From positions 157 to 64,156 of the forward strand of contig JACPLA010000100.1 in the NCBI GenBank assembly GCA_016186715.1: a DNA stretch of 64,000 bases. Direction: 5' to 3'. Below, one piece after another: positions 10,657-19,231 of this stretch (position 1 is its first letter; every line of letters starts with the position of its first letter). The DNA is from Ignavibacteriales bacterium. Its GTDB lineage: Bacteria; Bacteroidota; Ignavibacteria; UBA10030. The position numbers and the translations under genes are program-made. A model generated the notes under the pieces. It searched no databases and was not told where the DNA came from. It saw only the letters and a list, made by a program, of their open reading frames with translations.

Positions 10657-11706
10657 TCAGGCAATCGTTACGTCGGTCGAAAGATACACGTCCTGAATGG
10701 CATTCAGAATCTGAATTCCCTCTTTCAGAGGTTTCTGGAACGCTTTCCTGCCTGAAATCAGTCCCATTCCCCCGGCCCGTTTGTTAATCACCGCCGTCCT
10801 GACCGCCTCGGCAATGTCATTGGTCCCGGAAGGACCCCCGGAGTTGATCAGCCCGGACCTCCCCATGTAACCGTTGGCAACCTGATACCGTGTGAGGTCA
10901 ATGGGATGCTCGGACGTCAGCTGCTCATAGACTTTCTTGTGGGTCTTTCCGAAGTTCAGCGCGGTGTAGCCGCCGTTGTTTTCGGGAAGTTTTTGTTTGA
11001 CGATGTCCGCTTCGATCGTGACGCCCAAATGGTTCGCCTGTCCGGTCAGATCGGCCGCAACGTGATAGTCCTTCTCCTTCGTTTTGAAAGCCGGGTTTCT
11101 CGTGTAGCACCAAAGGATCGTCGCCATTCCCATCTCATGGGATTGCTGGAACGCCTGGCTGATTTCCCAGATTTGCCGTCGCGATTCCGGCGAGCCGAAA
11201 TAGATGGTTGCGCCGACTGCCGCCGCCCCCATGTCGAAGGCCTGCTTGACGCTGCCGAACAGTGATTGATCATGCGTGTTGGGATACGAAAGAAACTCGT
11301 TGTGATTGATTTTAAGAATGAACGGGATCTTGTGGGCGTATTTCCGAGCCACGGAGCCAAGAACGCCGAGGGTGGATGCAACGGCGTTGCAGCCACCGTC
11401 GATCGCGAGCCTGACGATGTTTTCCGAATCGAAATACATCGGATTCGGAGCAAAGGAAGCGCCGGCGGAATGTTCGATGCCCTGATCCACCGGGAGGATG
11501 GAAAGATATCCCGTTCCTGACAACCGGCCGTAATTGAAAAGAGACTGAAGGCTCCGAACCGCCGTGGGAGGCCGGTCGGAAAGTGTGAATATGCGGTCAA
11601 CCCAGTCCGGACCCGGGAGATGCAGCGACTCTTTCGGAAACGTTTTGCACTTGTGTTCAAGCATCGACTTTGCTTCAGCGCCAAGAAGTTCGGGAATATT
11701 AATCAT
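10657..11706 (-). CDS. fbaB: Class I fructose-bisphosphate aldolase (FbaB/DhnA type)
   Basis: DhnA-type aldolase signatures [12 protein letters not shown] and KINHNE. Start at the ATG at 11704-11706 ([13 protein letters not shown]); the track ORF has a 34-aa spurious extension. Confidence 0.85.
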   Translation of the reverse strand: MINIPELLGAEAKSMLEHKCKTFPKESLHLPGPDWVDRIFTLSDRPPTAVRSLQSLFNYGRLSGTGYLSILPVDQGIEHSAGASFAPNPMYFDSENIVRLAIDGGCNAVASTLGVLGSVARKYAHKIPFILKINHNEFLSYPNTHDQSLFGSVKQAFDMGAAAVGATIYFGSPESRRQIWEISQAFQQSHEMGMATILWCYTRNPAFKTKEKDYHVAADLTGQANHLGVTIEADIVKQKLPENNGGYTALNFGKTHKKVYEQLTSEHPIDLTRYQVANGYMGRSGLINSGGPSGTNDIAEAVRTAVINKRAGGMGLISGRKAFQKPLKEGIQILNAIQDVYLSTDVTIA

Positions 11707-11932
11707 GGAAGTAGGTCCTTTCTGAAGGGAGACAGAAACAGCAAGACAATATATCAATCCTTTTCCTCTGGTGCAAGAAACCAACGATCCCGGACGAGGT
11801 CGTGTCACCTCTCAAGCAGCAACGATACAGAAGGTTCATGTCGTTGCGGGGAGTCGCGACTCTGTCGGAAGAACGAAGCCATTCGGACTCCCCCGGTCTT
11901 GCCACGAGCAAAAGGAGGAGCACGTCCGACCA

Positions 11933-12015
11933 CCTGTCATTGCAAGGAGTCCGCCTAGTGGGAGAGTGAGCGACGAAGCAATCCAGGCTCCCCTGTCATT
12001 GCGAGGAGCGAAGCC
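11933..12015. repeat. REP-like imperfect direct/palindromic repeats (CCTGTCATTGCRAGGAG ... GCGACGAAGCAATCC ... GGCAACGAA) in a 390-bp intergenic region
   Basis: Two copies of CCTGTCATTGC(A/G)AGGAG are visible at 11933-11949 and 11992-12008. Both are flanked by complementary GCAATCC/CATTGC half-sites. A further stem-loop follows at 12040-12080. Confidence 0.4.
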
Positions 12016-12096
12016 CTCGGGGCAACGAATAATCTATCATTCCGTCCTCGTTGAACTTCGGTTGCTTCTCGGACGAATTGTGTCTACTTTTTCTTA

Positions 12097-13266
12097 ATGA
12101 AAAATCAGATCACATTAAAGAAACGGGAAGAACAAAGGCTTCTCTCGGGCCACCAATGGGTTTTCAGTAATGAGATCCAGTCAATACAGGGAAACCCCGA
12201 GGCCGGTGACATCATTGACCTGCTCCGGCACGACGGTAAGTTTCTTGGGCGCGGACTTTATAATCCGCACTCCTTGATCGCCGTCCGACTTCTCACACGG
12301 AACAAGGAAGAGATTTCGTTCGCATTCTTTGAACGACGAATCTCACAGGCCCTCAAGCTTCGACAGATCGTCTTTCCGCAAGCGGAAACCTTTCGGCTCG
12401 TCCACGGCGAAGGGGATTTTCTTCCCGGATTGATCATCGACAAGTACAACGAGTTTCTCTCGATTCAGACGCTCTCGTTTGGGATGGATCGCCGGCTGAC
12501 TCTGATTTGCGACGTGCTCGAGTCGATGTTACACCCGAAAGCGATCGTCGAGCGGAACGAATCGCACCTCCGGGCACTCGAGCATCTCGACTCGAGGAAA
12601 GGAGTTCTTCGGGGAACCTCTGATCACACGATTGTGACTGAAAACGGCATCAAATTCAACCTGGACCTGCTGGGCGGACAGAAAACCGGCCTGTTTCTGG
12701 ATCAACGTGAAAACCGGAAAGCGATTCGCCGTTATGTCTCGGGGAGATCTGTCCTCGACTGTTTTTGCAACGAAGGGGGGTTTAGTCTGAACGCCGCTGC
12801 CGGGGGCGCAACAAGGGTCGAGGCTTATGACGTTTCCGAGGCCGCGATAAGCAGAGCAAGGGTGAACGCGACCATCAACCAGGCGGCCTGCATCTCATTC
12901 GGGGTTTCTGATGCATTCGACCTTCTTCAGAAGAAAGTGGAGAATGGTGAAACCTACGACGTCGTTGTCCTCGATCCTCCGTCATTTACCCGAAGCCGGA
13001 AGAATGTGAACAGCGCTTTGAAAGTATACAAAGAGATTAACGGCAATGCCTTGAAGCTGCTGACAAACGGCGGGTTTCTTGCCACGGCTTCCTGTTCCCA
13101 CCATATTTCGGAAGAATCGTTTCTTGGCACGGTTGAATCCGCGGCCCATCATGCCGGGAGAACGGTTCGGCTTGTGCACGCGGCCGGAGCAGGACCCGAC
13201 CATCCGACTCTCCCCTCCATGCCGGAAACCAGGTATTTAAAATTCGCTGTGTTCGCCGTTGATTGA
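12097..13266 (+). CDS. rlmI: 23S rRNA (cytosine1962-C5)-methyltransferase RlmI (PUA + class I SAM MTase)
   Basis: 389 aa. N-terminal PUA-like domain and a C-terminal SAM-methyltransferase fold (VLDCFCNEGGFSL, DPPSF). The architecture is typical of RlmI. Confidence 0.85.
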   Translation: MKNQITLKKREEQRLLSGHQWVFSNEIQSIQGNPEAGDIIDLLRHDGKFLGRGLYNPHSLIAVRLLTRNKEEISFAFFERRISQALKLRQIVFPQAETFRLVHGEGDFLPGLIIDKYNEFLSIQTLSFGMDRRLTLICDVLESMLHPKAIVERNESHLRALEHLDSRKGVLRGTSDHTIVTENGIKFNLDLLGGQKTGLFLDQRENRKAIRRYVSGRSVLDCFCNEGGFSLNAAAGGATRVEAYDVSEAAISRARVNATINQAACISFGVSDAFDLLQKKVENGETYDVVVLDPPSFTRSRKNVNSALKVYKEINGNALKLLTNGGFLATASCSHHISEESFLGTVESAAHHAGRTVRLVHAAGAGPDHPTLPSMPETRYLKFAVFAVD

Positions 13267-13347
13267 AAACTTGCGTTTTACTCCATGCGGAACTATATTT
13301 CCCTCTGAGGAGTTGAATCTGAGAGAACCCATCATAAAGGTGATGAG

Positions 13348-14088
13348 ATGAAGAAGGGCGTTGTTCTTGCCGCCGCTGCATTTTTCATGTTCCCGGTAAT
13401 CCTGGCAGGCCAGGAAAGAGAGATGCCAGACTCCACGATCGTCTTCCAACCCATCAGGCCGGAGCTGATTCGACAGAGTTCATATTCCCCTCCCAGCCAT
13501 GCGTGGGGATTTGACATCATGATTTCGAACAACGGCTTTGGGGCGGGTGGTTTCTACCGCCATCAGTTTTCAGGCGTTCTTTCGGGAATTGCAACCCTTG
13601 CCATCTCCGATGTGAAGGACGACGCCGAAGTTGAGTACTTCGATTATTTCGGCAATTCGTTTGTTCCGGGAAAAAAGAACCGGCTTCTCATGATCCCTTT
13701 GATCTTCGGAGCACAATATCGACTGTTCAAGGATGACATCATGGACAACTTCCGCCCTTATTTGTCGGCTGGTCTCGGACCGACCATGATGTTTGTTGCT
13801 CCCTATGCCTATACGCGAACGACCACCGGACCCAGCGGCGAACAATTCACCGATAGCGAGGAAGTGGAGTTTTTTAGCAGCTTGAAATACGGCCAGGCAC
13901 GCTACACGGTGGGAGGCTTCCTCTCGGCCGGCGCCTATTTCGGAGCTCCGTACGGAACACTGATGGGATTGAGTTTTCGGTATTACCTTGTCCCCTTCCC
14001 CAAGGGAATCGAAATCATCGAGGGCACTTCTCCCGTGAAGAACTTCGGGGGATTCTACATCACGCTGAACATCGGTTCGTTTTACTAG
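13348..14088 (+). CDS. Outer-membrane beta-barrel hypothetical protein
   Basis: Signal peptide MKKGVVLAAAAFFMFPVILAGQ. The body has Gly/aromatic-rich alternating segments and a C-terminal aromatic residue (...NIGSFY). A Rho-independent terminator follows. Confidence 0.6.
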   Translation: MKKGVVLAAAAFFMFPVILAGQEREMPDSTIVFQPIRPELIRQSSYSPPSHAWGFDIMISNNGFGAGGFYRHQFSGVLSGIATLAISDVKDDAEVEYFDYFGNSFVPGKKNRLLMIPLIFGAQYRLFKDDIMDNFRPYLSAGLGPTMMFVAPYAYTRTTTGPSGEQFTDSEEVEFFSSLKYGQARYTVGGFLSAGAYFGAPYGTLMGLSFRYYLVPFPKGIEIIEGTSPVKNFGGFYITLNIGSFY

Positions 14089-14138
14089 CAGGCTGCTGAA
14101 AAACGAGCCATCGACTGAAAGTCGACGACTCAATTCCG

Positions 14139-14157
14139 CGAAACCCTTCGGGTTTTT
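14139..14157 (+). terminator. Rho-independent terminator (GAAACCCTTCGGGTTTTT)
   Basis: GC-rich hairpin (AAACCC ttcg GGGTTT) followed by a T-run, 50 nt after the stop of the 13348..14088 gene. Confidence 0.6.
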
Positions 14158-14506
14158 GTAAAATCTAGCCGTCCGATTCTATCGGATGGCGTGAAGAAAT
14201 GGTCGATTGGTTTTGCTTGTCAGGGGACACGCCTACCTATTCCATTCCCCACATGTGATTTCTCAGTTGAGGCGCGCCTAAACGAAGAAAGCACCCCGAA
14301 ATTCCAGAGCCTCCCCTGAGCTCTGAGAATCCACGGAGTGCTTTTCTTGTTACTCATTCAGTATACCATCTCTCACCTCCTTCCAGGGTGACTCGAGTCA
14401 CATTCGTAGTTTTTTCCTGACATCGTCTCAACGCTCTCAATTCTTGTCCAAAAAAAATCCCCCGATGGACTGCAGTCGGAGGAATCAAGAACTCGAGAAA
14501 AACCTC

Positions 14507-14971
14507 TTACGGGTAGAATCGAAATGCCAGCCCCCCCTCCAGACCAACACCGACAACGGGAGAAAGAACGAGGGCCGGGCCGAGTTCAAAGGCCAGGTCG
14601 AACGGATGCGAAGGGAAGAGGTAGTCAACGCCGAACATCATCCTCAACCCCAAGCCGAGCTGATTCGACTCGAACCTCGGTCCGCCGACGTTTGAAGAAC
14701 CGATAAACACGCCGGGACCGTAATAGAAAGGGACTTCATGCCTGTTGAAAGCATTAGAATGAAACGAGTAGTCGGCCCCAACGGTAAGTCCTCCGAACCC
14801 ACCGCCCACGTATCCATGAATCGCCTCCCGGGATGAATTCCAGTATTTAATTGTCAGTCCAGTCGGAGCTCCGATAATAACGCCGACGCCGAGCTTCTTT
14901 GGTTGCGCACCGGCCTGCTTGCCGGCAAAAACCATGACACCCACCAGCACCACCATCATACTTCTCCTCAT
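14507..14971 (-). CDS. Small outer-membrane beta-barrel hypothetical protein
   Basis: Signal peptide MRRSMMVVLVGVMVFAGKQAGAQ, a Gly-rich beta-strand pattern and a terminal aromatic (...AFRFYP). It overlaps the uvrA stop by 4 nt. Confidence 0.55.
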   Translation of the reverse strand: MRRSMMVVLVGVMVFAGKQAGAQPKKLGVGVIIGAPTGLTIKYWNSSREAIHGYVGGGFGGLTVGADYSFHSNAFNRHEVPFYYGPGVFIGSSNVGGPRFESNQLGLGLRMMFGVDYLFPSHPFDLAFELGPALVLSPVVGVGLEGGLAFRFYP

Positions 14972-17841
14972 ACGACCCTCCAGTTATTGTTGTCCTCCAA
15001 ACTTTTTCTGAGAAACTTTCCCGTAAAGGAACGCCCGGTTACCGCGATCTCCTCCGGCGTTCCGGCGGCAACCACGTGCCCGCCCGCATCTCCGCCTTCG
15101 GGACCGAGATCAATAATAAAGTCGGCGCATTTGATGACATCAACATTGTGCTCAATCACAACCAGCGAATGGCCCGCCGCGACCAACGCATCAAAACATT
15201 TGAGAAGCTTGGCGATATCGTCGAAGTGCAGCCCTGTGGTCGGTTCATCAAAGATAAAAAGCCCACGCCCCTCCGCCTGCGAAGAGAGAAGATGATGGGC
15301 AAGTTTGATGCGCTGGGCCTCGCCTCCCGACAGCGTGGTCGCCGCCTGCCCGAGCCTGATGTATCCCAGCCCGACATCATCCAGGATCCTCAGCTTCCTT
15401 GAAATTCTCTCCCCCGGCCTGGTCCCGCCAAAGAAGGCGATCGCCTCGGTCACCGTCATCTGAAGAATCTCATCGACGTTCTTTCCCCGGTACCGGATTT
15501 CCAACACCTCTTGCTTGAATCGCTTTCCTTTGCACGTCTCGCAAGTGAGGTATAAGTCCGCAAGAAACTGCATCTCGATTTTCTGAACGCCGTCTCCTTC
15601 ACAGGTTTCACAACGGCCTCCCGGAACGTTAAAAGAAAAATGTCCGGGTCGAAATCCGCGTAGTCTCGCGGCGGGTGTGGCCGACAGAAGGTCGCGGATC
15701 AGATCAAAGACTTTGATATACGTGACCGGATTGGATCGTGGCGTTCGACCGATCGGTGATTGATCGACAAGTTCAATCCGGTCGATCTGATCGCCCCCCT
15801 CGATCGAGGTGAAAGCGCCTACGCTCTCGAATCCCCCTTTTAATTTTGACAGTCCCGCATACAATACTTCGTGCACCAGACTGCTTTTTCCCGAGCCGCT
15901 GACCCCCGTCACGCACACCAGCATGTTTAACGGAATGCGGACGTCAATCCCCTTCAGATTGTTTGCCGCCGCACCTTTGATAAAGATCGATTGCTCAGAA
16001 TCGCGCCGCCGATTCTTGGGCAAAGAAACAGATGCAGTTCCATTGAGATACCGGGCGGTGACCGAGGAAGGGTGCTTTGTCAAATCCTCCACCGAACCCG
16101 AGAACACGACCTCACCCCCCTGCTCGCCGGCATGAGGACCCATGTCGACAACCACATCTGCCGACCGGATCATCTCCTCATCATGCTCAACCACCAGCAC
16201 AGTGTTCCCGACATCTCGAAGAGACTTGAGGATCGAAATCAGTTTCTGGTTGTCCCGCGGGTGCAGACCGATGCTCGGCTCATCCAGAACATAGAGCGAC
16301 CCGACGAGCGACGAACCCAATGAGGTCGCGAGATTGATCCGTTGCGATTCCCCGCCCGAAAGGGTCATCGTCAGCCGGTCGAGCGTGATGTAGCCGATTC
16401 CGACGTCATTCAGAAATTTCAGTCTCTTTCGAAGCTCTTCGAGGATGCGGCGGGCAATCTGCATCTCGAACTTCGACAGATGAAGATTCTGAAAGAAGAT
16501 GTTCGCTTCTTCAATGGTCATACGGACGACATCATGAATCGTCTTCTGCCCCACCCGGATATTCATCACGTCGGACCGGAGTCGTGATCCGCCGCATTCT
16601 TCGCAGGTCGTGTATCCCCGGTAGCGGCTGAGAAACACGCGGTAATGGATCTTGTATGATTTCCGCTCGATGAACCGGAAGAATTTATGAACACCGTCGA
16701 ATCCGTCGTGTCCGTTCATCACAACGTCAAGCTGCTCCCTTGCAAGATCCTTAAACGGAACGTCGACGGGTACACCGGCATCCGGGGCGATCTTGAGCAG
16801 ATCCCTCAGGTTTTCTTTCCAGCGGGGAAAGCTCCATGGATGAATAGCACCTCCGCGGATAGTTTTGTTCGGATCGGGAACCACGAGATTCATGTCGATG
16901 CCCACCGACCGGCCAAATCCCTGGCATTTTGGACAGGCGCCAACCGGATTGTTGAAGGAAAAGAGTCTCGGATCGGGTTCCTCGTATCGGATCTTGTCCT
17001 CCGGACATTCGAAGTGGCGCGTAAAGTGCAGAGTTTCGCCCCGATCCTGGATCTGAATCAGTGCATACCCGTCCCCCTCGGCAAAGGCGGTCTCGACCGA
17101 ATCCGCGAGCCGGGTTTCGGTTTCTTCTTCCCGTTTCAGCACGAGGCGATCGGCAAGCACCAGCACTTCTTTCTTGTTCTTCCCTTTGAAGCTCGTTTCA
17201 TTCAGATCAATCACCTCACCACCCGCGACGATCCGGAAGAAACCCCTTTCTTTTAGAACCGTCATCTCTTCCTTGATCGTTCGACCGGGATGGTCGTGTA
17301 AAGGAAACATCACGTAAATTTTCGTTCCTTCAGGCTCCTCCCGCAAGCGGTTGACGATCGTTGTTACCGTATCGCGTTTCACCGGTTTTCCGCAGACGCG
17401 GCAGTACGTTTGACCAACGCGCCCGAACAAAAGACGGAGATAATCATAGAGTTCCGTGGTTGTTGCGACGGTCGAGCGCGGATTCCGGCTTGTTGTCTTC
17501 TGTTCGATGGCAATCGCGGGACTGATACCCTGGATGAAATCCACATCGGGTTTATCCATGCGCTCAAGAAACTGGCGGGCATAGGAGGAGAGGCTCTCCA
17601 CATAACGACGCTGCCCTTCCGCGTAGATCGTATCAAAAGCGAGGCTCGACTTCCCGGAGCCGCTGACTCCTGTGACGACAACGAGACGATTACGCGGAAG
17701 TTCGAGATCGACGTTCTTGAGGTTATGAACTCGGGCGCCGCGAACAATAATTTTGGTCAGTTTTCCGCTTCCGACAGCGACAGGAGAATGAGCAGACGAG
17801 GTACGTGCGGTGATCTTCTTTTGGGGGGGCGATTTTTGCAT
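14968..17841 (-). CDS. uvrA: Excinuclease ABC subunit A
   Basis: Two ABC ATPase modules (GVSGSGKSSLAFDTIYAEGQRRYVESLSSYARQFL, a second GVSGSGKSSL), zinc fingers (CxxC) and LSGGEAQR signatures. I trimmed the track's 52-aa N-terminal extension to the ATG at 17839-17841 (MQKSPPQKK). Confidence 0.95.
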   Translation of the reverse strand: MQKSPPQKKITARTSSAHSPVAVGSGKLTKIIVRGARVHNLKNVDLELPRNRLVVVTGVSGSGKSSLAFDTIYAEGQRRYVESLSSYARQFLERMDKPDVDFIQGISPAIAIEQKTTSRNPRSTVATTTELYDYLRLLFGRVGQTYCRVCGKPVKRDTVTTIVNRLREEPEGTKIYVMFPLHDHPGRTIKEEMTVLKERGFFRIVAGGEVIDLNETSFKGKNKKEVLVLADRLVLKREEETETRLADSVETAFAEGDGYALIQIQDRGETLHFTRHFECPEDKIRYEEPDPRLFSFNNPVGACPKCQGFGRSVGIDMNLVVPDPNKTIRGGAIHPWSFPRWKENLRDLLKIAPDAGVPVDVPFKDLAREQLDVVMNGHDGFDGVHKFFRFIERKSYKIHYRVFLSRYRGYTTCEECGGSRLRSDVMNIRVGQKTIHDVVRMTIEEANIFFQNLHLSKFEMQIARRILEELRKRLKFLNDVGIGYITLDRLTMTLSGGESQRINLATSLGSSLVGSLYVLDEPSIGLHPRDNQKLISILKSLRDVGNTVLVVEHDEEMIRSADVVVDMGPHAGEQGGEVVFSGSVEDLTKHPSSVTARYLNGTASVSLPKNRRRDSEQSIFIKGAAANNLKGIDVRIPLNMLVCVTGVSGSGKSSLVHEVLYAGLSKLKGGFESVGAFTSIEGGDQIDRIELVDQSPIGRTPRSNPVTYIKVFDLIRDLLSATPAARLRGFRPGHFSFNVPGGRCETCEGDGVQKIEMQFLADLYLTCETCKGKRFKQEVLEIRYRGKNVDEILQMTVTEAIAFFGGTRPGERISRKLRILDDVGLGYIRLGQAATTLSGGEAQRIKLAHHLLSSQAEGRGLFIFDEPTTGLHFDDIAKLLKCFDALVAAGHSLVVIEHNVDVIKCADFIIDLGPEGGDAGGHVVAAGTPEEIAVTGRSFTGKFLRKSLEDNNNWRVV

Positions 17842-18240
17842 AAGGCCGAAACGGAAAATTAGCGAGCATCTCGCCGAAATGCAACCGAAAAAAAGAAGAG
17901 ACTCATACGGATAACTGCAAAGGACACCGAGGAGGCACAGAAGGACAGAGAAAGCAGTAACGCTTTTTTTTATGGGTGTTGCACCGACGTAGCTCACAGT
18001 TCCGCGGGCTCGTGTCTTAGGACGTGCGCGGAATGCCTCGGGAATTCAAATCCGTCTGAACTCCTCCCCAATTCAAATCCCCCGTATTTGACGATGAATG
18101 TTGTCGGTTGGGCGACTGATGCGTTCTCGGAGCGGAATATCCGCCTTCGTCTGCCCGAGGCAGACTCCGTCGGACAGGTCATTCCGACCTACACCCCAGA
18201 ACATGCAACGTTCATTATTCGATCTTTTCAAGCAATACCG

Positions 18241-18275
18241 AATGTTGAATGTAGAGTGTAGAATGTAGAATGTGG
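18241..18275. repeat. Tandem heptamer repeat, 5 copies (AATGTTG AATGTAG AGTGTAG AATGTAG AATGTGG)
   Basis: Directly visible in the sequence. It sits between the end of the PorU-led operon (18336) and the uvrA upstream region. Confidence 0.7.
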
Positions 18276-18335
18276 GTCTTGTCCTGAATCTGAACTCATT
18301 TGTGGAATCGTTTGAAGTTTTTCCAAATTCAAACA

Positions 18336-19229
18336 TCAAAAAGAAATGGTTGCGCGGGCGGTCGGTACAAACTCGACGAATCCGAACGGTCTCGCTCTCG
18401 GTTCAAGATGAACTTCGATTCGAAGGGAATTGTTGAACTGGGCTGCACTCCACGCTGCATCCAATGCGCTGAGAAGATGATTCGCCACAAGAACAAAGCC
18501 GGCCGTGCGGGCAACGTTGTAAAAATCGTTTGCCCTTCCCCTCATGTCGCGATATTCCCGGAACCGCATGGTAATCGACGTGAGATGATCCGGAGGTACG
18601 CCGATGAAATCCTCCCATCCAGGATTATACTGCTGATACTTCCCGATCAATTCATAATACTGCTGATCGGGACGCACGGGGAGCCGATGACTGAATCCGG
18701 TGCTTGCCCGTCTTCCGATGATCTCTTCGCATGCATTCAACGCCGCCCAATCCACTCGTTCCCACGGTTCCCCTGTACTTCTGATAATAATTGGCGGACA
18801 CGGAGGGGACCCGGGTTCTGCCAACTGGTCGTAATTATCTTCGATCCATTGTGCGTACTTGACCACAGACCAGTACTGATCGGCGTATTGCTCGAACTGG
18901 GCGGTCTGCCGATCTCCTTTGGAATCATACGTTGCATAGACGATCCAGAGAGCGACCTCAGCCCCAAAGAACGCCATGGACCGCCAGTAGCTCTCCGCGT
19001 AAAATTCGCCGGCCCCGGGAATAACTGCAGAATAGGCGGCCGCACGTAAGGGAGACTTCCGCTGGGGAGACGGTACGGCGGGCGGAATGGAGTCCTGGAA
19101 CTCAAGCCGCACATTGGTCAGCAAATCCAATCTGAGGTTACCGGTCAGCGGTTTGATTTCAACGTCGGATTGTGCCATCGCCGTCTGCCCGACGACAGTA
19201 ACCGCGACTACCAGGACAAAATTCTTCAT
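18336..19229 (-). CDS. Secreted hypothetical protein (last gene of the PorU-PorV operon)
   Basis: Signal peptide MKNFVLVVAVTVVGQTAMAQ. Motif YSAVIPGAGEFYAESYWRS. It starts 2 nt downstream of the preceding gene. Confidence 0.6.
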   Translation of the reverse strand: MKNFVLVVAVTVVGQTAMAQSDVEIKPLTGNLRLDLLTNVRLEFQDSIPPAVPSPQRKSPLRAAAYSAVIPGAGEFYAESYWRSMAFFGAEVALWIVYATYDSKGDRQTAQFEQYADQYWSVVKYAQWIEDNYDQLAEPGSPPCPPIIIRSTGEPWERVDWAALNACEEIIGRRASTGFSHRLPVRPDQQYYELIGKYQQYNPGWEDFIGVPPDHLTSITMRFREYRDMRGRANDFYNVARTAGFVLVANHLLSALDAAWSAAQFNNSLRIEVHLEPRARPFGFVEFVPTARATISF

Positions 19230-19231
19230 GA

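Noticed and set aside
11771-12097. 108-aa + strand ORF in the fbaB-rlmI intergenic region
   Set aside because: Its sequence (…VIARSPPSGRVSDEAIQAPLSLRGAKPSGQRII…) is just the in-frame translation of the palindromic REP-like repeats. There is no RBS, and the composition is typical of translated repeats.
17842-17997. N-terminal extensions proposed by the maximal-ORF track (uvrA +52 aa, purK +197 aa, ABC ATPase +59 aa, PaaA +45 aa, FBA +34 aa, PorU +20 aa, M6-like +25 aa)
   Set aside because: The extensions lack homology, are Arg/Pro-rich low-complexity translations, and often begin at TTG/GTG. Internal ATGs align with family N-termini and signal peptides, and have RBS-like sequences.
18040-18075. 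Two AATTCAAATCC motifs resembling tRNA T-loops (GGTTCAAATCC) in the uvrA upstream intergenic region
   Set aside because: The flanking sequences do not form the 5-bp T-stem or a 7-bp acceptor stem on either strand. No D-arm or anticodon arm can be built. I treat them as chance or relics, not tRNA genes.
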